Shown here piece after piece: positions 9,814-19,812 of a DNA stretch of 64,000 nucleotides. The stretch is from Pseudomonadota bacterium (lineage in GTDB: Bacteria; Bdellovibrionota_G; JALEGL01; DATDPG01). The notes beneath the pieces were generated by a model. It was given only the letters and a program-made list of their open reading frames with translations, was not told where the DNA came from and ran no database searches. Location of the stretch: assembly GCA_043809315.1 (NCBI GenBank), contig JAZDDX010000009.1:1-64000 (forward strand), written 5' to 3'. Every line of letters begins with the position of its first letter. Position 1 is the stretch's first letter. Position numbers and translations under genes: made by a program.

Positions 9814-10347
9814 TCAGGGACCGGGCGCGGAGAGCTTGACGTCGACCTTCATGTTTTGCCCTTCCAGGACGTCGACTTCCTTCGTGACCGACTGGAAACC
9901 GGAGGCACGAAACTCCAGCTTGTAATGCCCGGGGGTGAGTTCAAGCTTTTCCCGCGGAGTCTTCCCGATGAAATTCCCGTCCAGGAAGACCTCCGCCATC
10001 GGCTCCGAAGTGAGCGTCAACCCGATCTTCGTTGCGGCACCCGCTCCCCCCTCCTCTTCACAGCGGTTTTCACCGGTCTCGAAGCTGTACGTGCAGGTTG
10101 TCTGCTTGTCGGCCTTCACCCTTACGGAGAACTCGAACTGGGAACCGAGCGCCTTGCTCTTGTATTGAATCCGGTGAAAACCCGAAGTCACGGAGCGCTT
10201 GGTGATCGGAGCCCGGCCGACCGGTTTCCCGTCGATCGACACTTGCGCCGGAGAGTCGGTCACGAGAGTCAGCTTCCCGTTCCCGGGATTGGCAACGACC
10301 GAGGTGGCGAAGAGTAAGGAGAACAAGAATACCATCCATGATTTCAT
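9814..10347 (-). CDS. Secreted PEGA-domain protein (two PEGA repeats)
   Basis: Signal peptide; AQVSIDGKPVGRAP and SEPMAEVFLDGNFIGKTP..LELTPGHY. Confidence 0.85.
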   Translation of the reverse strand: MKSWMVFLFSLLFATSVVANPGNGKLTLVTDSPAQVSIDGKPVGRAPITKRSVTSGFHRIQYKSKALGSQFEFSVRVKADKQTTCTYSFETGENRCEEEGGAGAATKIGLTLTSEPMAEVFLDGNFIGKTPREKLELTPGHYKLEFRASGFQSVTKEVDVLEGQNMKVDVKLSAPGP

Positions 10348-10359
10348 GCTTTCTCCTTA

Positions 10360-12018
10360 TTACACTTCAATAACGATCGGGATGACGACCGGCTTGCGTT
10401 CGAGCTTCGACTTGAAGAATCGCCGGACGGCGAGAGTGATCTCGTCCTGGACTTCGAAAATGTCGGTCCTCGCCTCCCAGTTGATCCCCTCCAACTGTTC
10501 GCGTAGAACGTCCCGCGCGTCGTCCATCAGGGTTTCCAGCTGCCCCTCCGACGCCAGCCCCCGTGCGAAAAGCTCCGGCCCCCGGACGATTTCGCCGGAG
10601 TGGCTGTCGACCATCACGAGAGCCACGACGATTCCGGCTTCCGATAGATGCCTTCGATCGCGCAACAGGTCGCTTCCGATGTCGGCCAGCTCCCGTCCGT
10701 CGACCACCGACCGGTGGATCTCGATCGGCTGGAGCCGTTTCGCGATCCCCCCGGCGATCTCGAGCGGGTGCCCATCCTCCAGGAGAAACGTGTTCGCATC
10801 CGGAAGCCCGGTCTCGCGCGCCAACTCGATATGTTTGTAAAGCTGCCTGTATTCGCCGTGGATCGGCACGAAGAACTTCGGCTTCACGGCCTCCAGCATC
10901 TCGCGCAGATCGTCCCGGAAGGCGTGTCCCGAAACGTGAACGCGCGCCCCCTTGGTCGTGAAAACCTCCGCCCCACGGCGGTAAAGGTGGTTGATGATCG
11001 AGTAGATCGACCGTTCGTTCCCTGGGATGAAGCGGGAGGAAAGAACCACGCGGTCCCCTGGCTTGATCTTGAGCTCTTTGTGCTGGTCGAGTGCCATCCG
11101 CGAAAGAGCGGAGCGGGGCTCCCCCTGCGTTCCGGTCGAAAGGATCACCAGTTTGTTCCGTCGGATTTTCGCCGCCTGAGCGATGTCGACCAGGAGATCG
11201 TCCGGAACGTCGAGGTACCCGATCTTCCGCGCGATCCCGATGTTCTGGATGATGCTCCGCCCGGCCAGCACCAGCTTCCGGCCGCTCTTTTCCGTCAGTT
11301 CGAGGATCTGGCGGATCCTAGGTATGTGGGAGGCGAACGACGAAATGATGAACCACCCGGAAGTCTCCCGGAGCATCCGTTCGATTCCCTCCCGAACCGA
11401 ACTCTCCGAAAGACCTCTCCCCGGAAGCTCCACGTTCGTGCTGTCCCCCAGGAGAAGGAGAACTCCCTCCTGTCCCAGTTTCCGGAACCGCGCCATGTCG
11501 GTTGTCCGGCCGTCCGCCGGGGTCGCGTCGAGCTTGTAATCCCCGGTATGGATGATCGTCCCTTCCGGCGTGTGGATCGCGAGCGCCATGGCGTCCGAGA
11601 TCGAGTGGGCCATCCGGATGAACTCGACGCGGAACGGCCCGGCCGGAATCGTCTGCCCGTCTTTAACGACGGTGAGTTCGGTTCCTTTTATGAGCTGGTG
11701 CTCTGTCAGACGTTCCCGGACCAGTTCCATCGTGAACCGCGAAGCGTAGACCGGAAGCTGCATCTTTCGGAGAAAGTACGGCAGCGCCCCGATGTGATCT
11801 TCATGCCCATGCGTTAAGAAGATCCCGTGCGGGTTGATCCCCTCCTCGAGAACATAACTGAAATCCGGGATCACGAGATCGATCCCCGGAAGATAATTGT
11901 CGGCGAACTGGATGCCGCAGTCGACGATGATCGCGTCGTCGCCGTATTCGATCACCATCATGTTGGTGCCGATCTCCCCCAACCCCCCGATCGGAACGAT
12001 CCGGATCTTTTTCTTCAT
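10360..12018 (-). CDS. rnj: Ribonuclease J
   Basis: PIGGLGEIGTNM, LTHGHEDHIGA, HTGDYK, HVSGHA and PIHGE motifs. Start MKKKIRI overlaps the stop of the upstream ATPase gene. Confidence 0.96.
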   Translation of the reverse strand: MKKKIRIVPIGGLGEIGTNMMVIEYGDDAIIVDCGIQFADNYLPGIDLVIPDFSYVLEEGINPHGIFLTHGHEDHIGALPYFLRKMQLPVYASRFTMELVRERLTEHQLIKGTELTVVKDGQTIPAGPFRVEFIRMAHSISDAMALAIHTPEGTIIHTGDYKLDATPADGRTTDMARFRKLGQEGVLLLLGDSTNVELPGRGLSESSVREGIERMLRETSGWFIISSFASHIPRIRQILELTEKSGRKLVLAGRSIIQNIGIARKIGYLDVPDDLLVDIAQAAKIRRNKLVILSTGTQGEPRSALSRMALDQHKELKIKPGDRVVLSSRFIPGNERSIYSIINHLYRRGAEVFTTKGARVHVSGHAFRDDLREMLEAVKPKFFVPIHGEYRQLYKHIELARETGLPDANTFLLEDGHPLEIAGGIAKRLQPIEIHRSVVDGRELADIGSDLLRDRRHLSEAGIVVALVMVDSHSGEIVRGPELFARGLASEGQLETLMDDARDVLREQLEGINWEARTDIFEVQDEITLAVRRFFKSKLERKPVVIPIVIEV

Positions 12019-12974
12019 ACGAGATGACAGGCCACTTGGCGGCCCCCTCCAAAGGTTCGTAGCACGGGAATTTCGCTTCGGCACCGCGCCTCCGCAATCG
12101 GACAGCGCGGATGAAACACGCAGCCGGTCGGCGGATGAGCAGGGTCCGGAACGTCGCCGGAAAGGACGATCCTCGTCCGCTTCCGCTCCGGGTCGGGAAC
12201 GGGGATCGCGCTCAAGAGCGCCTTCGTGTACGGATGCTTCGCCTGGGTGACCAGGTCCTGGGCCGGAAGCATCTCCAACAGACGCCCGAGATACATGACC
12301 GCCACGCGGTGGGCGATGAACTCGACTACGCGGAGATCGTGCGAGATGAAAAGATACGCGAGGTTCTTCTTCTCCTGCAGATCGAGGAGCAGGTTCACGA
12401 TCTGCGCCTGGATCGAAACGTCGAGGGAGGAGACCGGCTCGTCGGCGACGATGAACCGCGGTTCGACCGCCAACGCGCGTGCGAGGCCGATCCGCTGCCG
12501 CTGCCCCCCGCTGAACTCGTGTGGAAAACGGTCCATGGCATCGGTGTCAAGACCGACCGTTTCGAGCAGCGCGGAAACGCGCATCGGGATTTCGTCTTTC
12601 GCCGCTAGACGGTGAATCCGGATCCCTTCGGACACGATCTCCCGGACCCGCATCCTCGGATTGAGCGACCCGAACGGGTCCTGAAAGATCATCTGGGCTT
12701 TGCGCCGCCACGCGCGGAGCTCGGCCCCCCGCATGGCCGTCACATCTTTTCCACCGAAACGAACCGTTCCGCCGCTGGGTTCGATCAAGCGGAGCAACGC
12801 CCGACCGAACGTCGTCTTCCCGCATCCTGACTCCCCGACGAGACCGACCGTTTCTCCCGCGTCGATGGAGAGCGAGATCTCTTCCACCGCGTGTACGGCT
12901 CCCCGGATTCTCCGAAGAAACCCTCCCCGTACCGGGAATGATTTTTTCAGGCGTTCGATCTCGAGGAGAGCCAT
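12015..12974 (-). CDS. oppF: Oligopeptide/dipeptide ABC transporter ATPase (OppF/DppF)
   Basis: GESGCGKTT, FSGGQRQRI, ADEPVSSLD and C-terminal HPYT/GCVFHPRC oligopeptide-ATPase tail. Confidence 0.9.
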   Translation of the reverse strand: MALLEIERLKKSFPVRGGFLRRIRGAVHAVEEISLSIDAGETVGLVGESGCGKTTFGRALLRLIEPSGGTVRFGGKDVTAMRGAELRAWRRKAQMIFQDPFGSLNPRMRVREIVSEGIRIHRLAAKDEIPMRVSALLETVGLDTDAMDRFPHEFSGGQRQRIGLARALAVEPRFIVADEPVSSLDVSIQAQIVNLLLDLQEKKNLAYLFISHDLRVVEFIAHRVAVMYLGRLLEMLPAQDLVTQAKHPYTKALLSAIPVPDPERKRTRIVLSGDVPDPAHPPTGCVFHPRCPIAEARCRSEIPVLRTFGGGRQVACHLV

Positions 12975-13945
12975 CAGACCTTCACGCAGCGGACAAAATG
13001 TCCCGGCCTCACCTCGCGCAAGGCCGGTTCACCGACCTTACATTCCGGCCCCGCCTTTGGACAGCGATCGAAGAAGCGGCAATGCGAAGGGACCTCCCCG
13101 AGAGGCGGGACACGTCCGGCGATCGTCGGCAGGCGGGCGGCGTGTTTCTTCTGGCCCGGTTCCGGAAGAGAGCGACGAAGTGCCTGCGTGTACGGATGAA
13201 GGGGGTTTGCGAAAAGCTCGCGGACCTCCGCGGTTTCCATGATCGTCCCGACGTACATCACCGCCACCCGGTCGGCCGTCTCCGCCACGACGCCGAGATC
13301 GTGCGTGATCAGGATCACTCCCATCCCCTTTTCGGTCCGGAGCCTCCCGATCAGTTCGAGAATCTGCGCCTGGATCGTGACGTCCAACGCGGTGGTCGGT
13401 TCGTCGGCGATCAGAATCGCGGGACGGCAAGCCAGCGCCATGGCGATCATCACGCGTTGCCTGAGGCCTCCGCTCATCCGGTGCGGATAGGTATCGAATC
13501 TCTCCTGTGGCCCCGGGATCCCGACGGCGGCCATCGCTTCGACCGCCCGATCCCGGGCTTTTGTCCCCCCGACCCGTTCATGAATCCGGATCGTCTCGGC
13601 GATCTGGTTCCCGACCGAGAGAACCGGGTTCAAGGAGGTCATCGGTTCCTGGAAGACCATTCCGATCTCCTTGCCGCGAACCTTCCGGAGCTCGGGCAAG
13701 GGAAGCGTAAAAAGATCGGTCCCCCGATACCGGACCGTTCCGCCGTCGATTCGGGCCGGTGGCTCGGGAAGAAGGCGGAGAAGCGAAAGAGCGGTGACCG
13801 ACTTTCCGCACCCCGACTCCCCGACGAGAGAAAGGATCTCGCCGGGATTCAGGAAGAACGAGACTCCGCTCACTGCGGACCGCCACGCCCCCCTCGCTCG
13901 AAACGAGATCGAGAGGTTCTCGACGTTCAGGATCGGTTCCGGCAT
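12974..13945 (-). CDS. oppD: Oligopeptide/dipeptide ABC transporter ATPase (OppD/DppD)
   Basis: [40 protein letters not shown] and HPYT. Confidence 0.9.
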   Translation of the reverse strand: MPEPILNVENLSISFRARGAWRSAVSGVSFFLNPGEILSLVGESGCGKSVTALSLLRLLPEPPARIDGGTVRYRGTDLFTLPLPELRKVRGKEIGMVFQEPMTSLNPVLSVGNQIAETIRIHERVGGTKARDRAVEAMAAVGIPGPQERFDTYPHRMSGGLRQRVMIAMALACRPAILIADEPTTALDVTIQAQILELIGRLRTEKGMGVILITHDLGVVAETADRVAVMYVGTIMETAEVRELFANPLHPYTQALRRSLPEPGQKKHAARLPTIAGRVPPLGEVPSHCRFFDRCPKAGPECKVGEPALREVRPGHFVRCVKV

Positions 13946-13956
13946 CGGCCGATGGG

Positions 13957-14643
13957 CTAGATCGAGAGGAGCCGTCGCCCCTGCTCCTCGGTGAGAATCC
14001 CTTTGTTGACCAAGATTTCGACCAACGCGTGAAACGCCCTCTCCATCGTCCCCGCGTCCGAAGGGGGGACCGGAAGTCTCTCCAGCGTGGTCACCTTCAC
14101 GCGGTCGACCACTCCGCCGTGCACAACTTCCATCGACCCATCCCCTTTTTCGGCGCTCAGCGTGACCTCGGGTCGGTCCTCCGTGTAGATACCTCCCTGG
14201 TCGTGATAGTACTTCCGGATCGCCGCATCGATCCCGGTGATCGTGCTCAACACCTCGAAGATCGGGTGCTTGACCATGAACCGGAGTTCGTCGGTCGCCT
14301 GGATGTTGGAGGGATCCGACACGGCGAGGATCAGATGGTTCTTCCCGTCGACCGACTTCAGGGTGATCGGAACCAGGTGGTGTTTCCGGCAGAACTCCCC
14401 CGGGATCAGCCGGATCGCGGTCGACGTGATGGGGGCTGTCTCGATGTCGATCGTCGGCAGCCGGTAGACCTCGCCGAGAACTTTCGCCAGCTGTTTCTCG
14501 GTGATGTACCCGAGCGCGACGAGGTTCTCGCCGATCCGCTTCCCCCAGCGTTCCTGTCGGGCGAGCGCGGCTTCCAACTGCTCTGCCGTGATGTGCTTTC
14601 GCTCGAGAAAAACCTGCCCGATCAGTTTGCGCTTGGACGGCAC
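13957..14643 (-). CDS. Standalone MshEN / T2SSE_N-domain protein, putative c-di-GMP receptor without ATPase domain
   Basis: Tandem MshEN motif KLIGQVFLERKHITAEQLEAALARQ-x5-RIGENLVALGYITEKQLAKVL, then LAVSDP. GTG start at 14643 has a GGAGAG RBS. Confidence 0.85.
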   Translation of the reverse strand: MPSKRKLIGQVFLERKHITAEQLEAALARQERWGKRIGENLVALGYITEKQLAKVLGEVYRLPTIDIETAPITSTAIRLIPGEFCRKHHLVPITLKSVDGKNHLILAVSDPSNIQATDELRFMVKHPIFEVLSTITGIDAAIRKYYHDQGGIYTEDRPEVTLSAEKGDGSMEVVHGGVVDRVKVTTLERLPVPPSDAGTMERAFHALVEILVNKGILTEEQGRRLLSI

Positions 14644-14695
14644 CTCTCCACGGTAGCGGAGGGGGGGCATTCGATCAAGAGTTCAACCACGCAGG

Positions 14696-15487
14696 CTAAT
14701 CGTCCTTCCGAAGGATTTCCCCTCCGTCGATCGGCGCAGGAACCACTTTGACCGGAAGGTCGATCCGGAACAGCTCCGGGAGGATCCTCACGTTCGCCGA
14801 AACCTTTGAAAACCGGAACTCGACCGAGGCCTGTTCCGTTTCGATGCGGATTTCCGACGGATACGAACCGGCCGTCGTCTCGATCGGTTTCCCGTAGATG
14901 ATCTTGCGCCGGATCGGGGAGGTCTCCTCGTACGACCGGAGCCAGCTCGTCGCCCGGTCGAAACGGAGCGTCACCCGGGGGATCTTATCCCCCAACTCCA
15001 GAACCGACTCTTTCCCGACATCGACAAACGAGATCACGCGACCGCGAAACGGCGGGGGTTCGCCCAGAAGGAGGCTCACCCATTCGCGGGTCGACTGCTC
15101 GATCCCGAACAAACGTCCCAGGATCTCGCTCCCGTTGCTGCGATACGCCTTGTTCCGGGTCGGAAGGTACGCCAGGACTGACTCCTCGTCCGCCGACACG
15201 ACGGCGCCGACGAGACCGATGCCGTTCACCTCCGCATATAGATGACCGGGGAATGCCACCAGCATCGACGTCTCGAATCGGAAACGCCGCTCCTTCCGCC
15301 GCACCTCCACCCTTGCCTCGGCTTTGAGCGTCTGGATCGTCGCCCTTGCCTCGCGGACCGAACGGAGCCAGTCGTCGGCGTCCTGCCTTGGCGAGCGCGG
15401 GGCCCTCTTCGCGGAACAAGCCGTCAGCCCCAACAATCCCGCGAGCAAAAGCTCACGGACGCGAAATCGTCCCGAGTTTTTTTTCAA
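14696..15487 (-). CDS. Lipoprotein with LolA/LolB-like fold (DUF4292-like)
   Basis: Lipobox LLGLTAC; IQTLKAEARVEV..FPGHLYAEV beta-rich pattern; C-terminal ELFRIDLP; follows a TPR gene as lolB does elsewhere. Start uncertain (TTG 15487). Confidence 0.6.
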   Translation of the reverse strand: MKKNSGRFRVRELLLAGLLGLTACSAKRAPRSPRQDADDWLRSVREARATIQTLKAEARVEVRRKERRFRFETSMLVAFPGHLYAEVNGIGLVGAVVSADEESVLAYLPTRNKAYRSNGSEILGRLFGIEQSTREWVSLLLGEPPPFRGRVISFVDVGKESVLELGDKIPRVTLRFDRATSWLRSYEETSPIRRKIIYGKPIETTAGSYPSEIRIETEQASVEFRFSKVSANVRILPELFRIDLPVKVVPAPIDGGEILRKDD

Positions 15488-17183
15488 TGCGTGTTTTCTC
15501 CGTGTCGTCTTTGGACGCCTTGACCGCTTTTTCGTACGCCTCGCGGGCCTTTTTCGATTCCCCGAGTTTGAGGAGGGTATCACCGAAATGTTCCAGGATC
15601 ACGGTCTCGTCGGGGGAGATCCGGATCGCCTCCTCCAGCTTTTCCCGGGCCTTGGCGTACTTCCCCTGCTGGTAATAGACCCATCCGAGGGAGTCGGTGA
15701 TGTATCCATCCTTCGGCTTGATCTCGAGAGCCCGCTGGATCAACTCCTCCGCTTCCTTCAGATGGATTCCCTTTTCCGCGAAGGTGTAGCCGAGATAGTT
15801 GAGCGCGCTCGCGTTGTCCGGATTGATCCCGATCAACCGGCGAAGCATCTCAACCGCCTGATCCGTCTTCCCCTGTTTGTCGTACGCCTCCGCCAGGCTT
15901 AAGAGCAAGGTTTCGTCTTTCGGCTTCTTCTTGAGACCCGCCTCCAACAAAGCAGTCGCCTCTCCGAACCGTTTCGACTTGATCAGGACGGAGGAAAGGC
16001 CGGCGACGAGATCCGATGCGTCCGGTTTCTTCGAGAGCCCTTTTCGGAGGGCTTTCTCCGCTTCCCCGGGATTCCCGCGCGTTTCCTGAATGTAGCCGAG
16101 CGCCAACCTCGCCTCGACGTAAACGTCGGAGACGGGCCTCACCTTCTCCAGCGTCTGGATCGCTTCCGCGGTTTTCTTCAGCCGTTCGCGGGTGACCCCG
16201 AGGTAGTACTGCACTTGATCGAGATCGGGCACCTCCGTGACCAGCTTGGCGAAAACCGATTCGGCCCCCGCATAGTTCTCCTGACGGAGGTAGATCAGCC
16301 CAAGGCGGAGACGGGCCGTCCGATCGTCCGGTTGCTCCGCTTCCACCGCCTCGAACTCCCTCCGTGCCGAGTCGAGATCCCCCTGCTCGATGTAGATCTG
16401 TCCAAGATGATTTCGGATGTCGATATTGTCCGGCTCGGTTTCGAGAATTTTTTCGTACGCCTCGACCGCTTTCTTCGGGTGGCCGAGATATTCTTCGAGC
16501 AACGCGATCGCCTTGAACGCGGCCGTGAAGGTCGGGTTCGCAACCACCGACTTCCGGTAGACTTCGAGGGCGTCGTCCATCCGGTTCATTTCGGTATAGA
16601 CCCGTCCCAGCTGATAGTAGGCGAGGAGATTCCCCCGGTCCTTGGCAATCAGCTTTTGAAGGAGATCGATCGCCAAATCCGGGCGCTTCGATTCGACGTA
16701 GAGACTCGAAAGCGCGAACTCCCCTTCACTCGAATCGGGGGGTTCCTGTTGGATCACGATCTTGAACTCCCGCTCCCCCTTGTCCCACTCCCCCTTCGTC
16801 GAATAGATCTTTCCGAGCAAGTAGTGCCCATCACGCAGTTTGGGATCGAGCTCAACCGCCGTCCGGGCCGACCGCTCGGCATGGGTCAAATCGTTTTTCT
16901 TCGCATACTCGACCGCCACCGCGAGATGGAGATAGGCCGACTTCGGATCGATCCGCAGCGCTTTGTTGAACTCGGCGATCGCATCGTCCGTGCGACCTTC
17001 GTTCGAATTCCGTTCCCCTTTCAGGAACGACTCGTAGAGGGGACCCTCGGGAGCCTCGACCGGCCAATTGAAATCGTGCCCCGGTCCTATGAACTTGATC
17101 CGTTTCGGACCGCACCCGGCGAGAAACACCGTCACGAGCAGGGCGGAGATGACGACGCGGCGGAGAGACATTTTTTCGATCAT
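15453..17183 (-). CDS. Tetratricopeptide-repeat lipoprotein
   Basis: Lipobox FLAGC; many TPRs; C-terminal ALNYLGYTFAE..YITDSLGWVYY..EHFGD signature. Confidence 0.92.
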   Translation of the reverse strand: MIEKMSLRRVVISALLVTVFLAGCGPKRIKFIGPGHDFNWPVEAPEGPLYESFLKGERNSNEGRTDDAIAEFNKALRIDPKSAYLHLAVAVEYAKKNDLTHAERSARTAVELDPKLRDGHYLLGKIYSTKGEWDKGEREFKIVIQQEPPDSSEGEFALSSLYVESKRPDLAIDLLQKLIAKDRGNLLAYYQLGRVYTEMNRMDDALEVYRKSVVANPTFTAAFKAIALLEEYLGHPKKAVEAYEKILETEPDNIDIRNHLGQIYIEQGDLDSARREFEAVEAEQPDDRTARLRLGLIYLRQENYAGAESVFAKLVTEVPDLDQVQYYLGVTRERLKKTAEAIQTLEKVRPVSDVYVEARLALGYIQETRGNPGEAEKALRKGLSKKPDASDLVAGLSSVLIKSKRFGEATALLEAGLKKKPKDETLLLSLAEAYDKQGKTDQAVEMLRRLIGINPDNASALNYLGYTFAEKGIHLKEAEELIQRALEIKPKDGYITDSLGWVYYQQGKYAKAREKLEEAIRISPDETVILEHFGDTLLKLGESKKAREAYEKAVKASKDDTEKTRIEKKLGTISRP

Positions 17184-17199
17184 AGCGGATTCACCCCGA

Positions 17200-17919
17200 T
17201 CAGGGGAGCCATGCGCGACAGGCGGCGACGGCCGCCACCGCAGCGGTCTCGGTACGCATCACCAACGGGCCGAACGTCACCGACGCAAAGCCGTGGCCTC
17301 GCAAGAGTTCCCGGTCCGCGTCCGACCATCCCCCTTCGGGACCGACGGCCAATCCGATCGAAGGCGGGACCTCCGTCCCCAGAAGATCCCGGAAACGACG
17401 GCTCTTTTCCGCTTCATCGAGAAAGACCGACAACTTCACGGACGAAACCCCGTTCAGAGCTTCCGGCAATGGAATCGGTCCGACGATTTCCGGAAGATGC
17501 GCGTTGCCGCTCTGACGGGCGGCCTCGATCGCGATGCGCGTCCAGCGGGCGGCCTGGCCGGGGCCCCGTTTTCCGATCGTCCGGGCGCTCTCGAAGAAAC
17601 AAATCCGCCGAACACCGAGCTCCACCCCTTTTTGAACGATCCAACCCGCCTTCTCCCCCTTGGGGAGACCCTGGATCAAGATGATTTCGGGCCAGGCCGG
17701 CGCGACCTCTTTCCGATCGAGGATCGCCGCCGTCGAGCGCGTTCGTCCGACCTCGAGAAGGGTGGCGATCGCGACCCCTCCCGCACCGTCGATCAGCTCG
17801 ACCCGATCCCCCTTTTGAAGACGCAGGACGTTCTTCACGATCCGCGCGTTTTCAGAATTCAACGTGTGCCGGCCGCCGACCGCCGCGTCCGTTTTCTCGA
17901 ACAATCTAGGAATGGTCAC
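17200..17919 (-). CDS. rsmE: 16S rRNA m3U1498 methyltransferase RsmE
   Basis: VLRL..GD.V.L.DG, QKGVELGV, EAARQSG, VGPEGGWS and VMRTETAA. GTG start at 17919. Confidence 0.93.
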   Translation of the reverse strand: MTIPRLFEKTDAAVGGRHTLNSENARIVKNVLRLQKGDRVELIDGAGGVAIATLLEVGRTRSTAAILDRKEVAPAWPEIILIQGLPKGEKAGWIVQKGVELGVRRICFFESARTIGKRGPGQAARWTRIAIEAARQSGNAHLPEIVGPIPLPEALNGVSSVKLSVFLDEAEKSRRFRDLLGTEVPPSIGLAVGPEGGWSDADRELLRGHGFASVTFGPLVMRTETAAVAAVAACRAWLP

Positions 17920-17923
17920 CGGA

Positions 17924-18811
17924 CTAACCGCGCGGGGAGCAGACCCGGTTCCGGCCGCGCCGCTTCGCCTCGTACAGATACCGATCCGCTTCCTTGACGA
18001 GGGCCTCGGGGTGTTGTGCCTGATCCGGATCGAGCGCCGCCGCACCGATGGAGATCGTCACCGCAATCTTCTTCCCTTCGTGTTCGATCGAGAGATCTTC
18101 CGTCCGTTTCCGGAGTCGTTCGGCAAAGATCAGTGCGTTGTCCAGCGCCGTCGCCCGCAAGAGGACGACGAACTCCTCCCCTCCGTATCGTGCGAAAACA
18201 TCGTACGCGCGTAACCCCTCCGAGAGAGCCTTGCCGAGGGTCTTCAAGACCAGGTCCCCCGCCGCATGGCCGTGGTTGTCGTTGATCTTCTTGAAATGGT
18301 CGATGTCGAACATGACCGCCGTGAGCGGCTGCCGGAGGCGGACCGCGTAGCTCACTTCGCGTTTCAGCGTGTCCAGGAGATACCGGCGGTTGTAAAGACC
18401 GGTCAGGCCGTCGCGGATCGCCATATTCCGCAACCCTTCCCGGTAGTTGACGTCGATCGAATCTTGATAACTGAAGGAGAGGATGACATCCCCCGCGGTG
18501 ATCTTGTCGCCGTCCCGGAGGGTGGATTGCTTGATCGGAGCGCCGTTCACGTAGGTGCCGTTCGTACTTCCCAGATCAGTCACCGTGAAGGAGTTCTCGT
18601 GCCGGTCGATTCGGAAATGCTTGCGGGAAATCCCCTCGTCCGAGATCACGATGTCGGCATCGTCGGCCCGGCCGATCGTGACGGAACCCTTCTCGATCCG
18701 GTAGATCTCGCCGACGTACGTCCCCTCCATCATGACGAGGCAGGGAACTCGCTCCCCCCCTTTCTTCGCCGAGCTCGAGGGGTTGAATTTGACGGTGGTA
18801 TGCTCAGCCAC
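17924..18811 (-). CDS. FHA-domain diguanylate cyclase (DgcB-like)
   Basis: FHA motifs IGR, ISRKH and DLGSTNGTYVNG; GGDEF domain with DGLTGLYNR, DIDHFK, RAYD I-site and RYGGEEF. Confidence 0.93.
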   Translation of the reverse strand: MAEHTTVKFNPSSSAKKGGERVPCLVMMEGTYVGEIYRIEKGSVTIGRADDADIVISDEGISRKHFRIDRHENSFTVTDLGSTNGTYVNGAPIKQSTLRDGDKITAGDVILSFSYQDSIDVNYREGLRNMAIRDGLTGLYNRRYLLDTLKREVSYAVRLRQPLTAVMFDIDHFKKINDNHGHAAGDLVLKTLGKALSEGLRAYDVFARYGGEEFVVLLRATALDNALIFAERLRKRTEDLSIEHEGKKIAVTISIGAAALDPDQAQHPEALVKEADRYLYEAKRRGRNRVCSPRG

Positions 18812-18879
18812 GGCGGCAGTTTACCACACGTCCGAAAAACCTTTGTACTTTCCCCCGCCTCCGCTTTGATAGACACACG

Positions 18880-19812
18880 ATGAGGTCTGGATGCGCCATT
18901 CTCCTGAACTTGCGCTCCCGGACGCTCCAGAAGAACCCCCGCCGGATCGACCGGATCCGGACGGCGTTCGGTAACCGCGGCCCCGTGCTTCTCCCTCGGG
19001 ACCTCTCGGAACTTCCGACCGCGATCTCGGAGCTCCAACGCGCACGTCCTGAGTTTTTCTTTGTCTGCGGCGGGGACGGAACAATCCATCAGACGATCAC
19101 CGCTCTCGTCCACGGATACGGCGATGATCCACTGCCCAAAATCGTGATCCTCCCGGCGGGAACGATGAACACGATCGACCGGGGGTTGAACGGATCGGGC
19201 GATCCTCTCTGTCGGATCGAACGGATCGTCGCTCACATCGATCAAGAGCTCCCTCTCTCTTCGATTCGGAGGCACCCGATCGCCCTGAACGACCGATATG
19301 GGTTCATCTTCGCCGTGGGGGGATTCGCCAGCTTCATCGAGCGCTATTCCGCAGTCCCGGTCCCCACGCCGCAGCGGGCGATCGCCATGCTGACCCGCAT
19401 CTCCGTCTCCTCGCTGATCGGAGGATCGTATGCCAAAGAACTCTTCCCGATGTTTCAGGCTTCCCTTCGAATTGACGGCCAAGAGCTTCCTACGGAGGGA
19501 GTCACGACGGTCAGCGCCTCTGCGATCCGGCATCTCGGGTTCGGCTTTCGTCCCTTCCCGGGGGCCGAGGGGGGGGACGGAGCTTTCGGTTTTCTCGTGT
19601 TGACCGACTCCCCTCGAGCGTTCCTGCCGCATCTCTGCCGGTTGTATCGCGGCAAACCGATCGAAAGTCCGACGCTCCGTCAGGAGGTCGCTCGTGAACT
19701 CGTAATCCGGACCGACCGGGAGATCGTTTCGATGGCGGACGGCGAACTTTTCCCGCCCCGAAAAGAGTTCACGCTCCGGGTCGGCCCCGCGTTAGACTTC
19801 GTGACGGGATGA
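18880..19812 (+). CDS. Diacylglycerol/sphingosine kinase family protein
   Basis: CGGDGTI, ILPAGTMN and ADGELF motifs. Confidence 0.88.
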   Translation: MRSGCAILLNLRSRTLQKNPRRIDRIRTAFGNRGPVLLPRDLSELPTAISELQRARPEFFFVCGGDGTIHQTITALVHGYGDDPLPKIVILPAGTMNTIDRGLNGSGDPLCRIERIVAHIDQELPLSSIRRHPIALNDRYGFIFAVGGFASFIERYSAVPVPTPQRAIAMLTRISVSSLIGGSYAKELFPMFQASLRIDGQELPTEGVTTVSASAIRHLGFGFRPFPGAEGGDGAFGFLVLTDSPRAFLPHLCRLYRGKPIESPTLRQEVARELVIRTDREIVSMADGELFPPRKEFTLRVGPALDFVTG

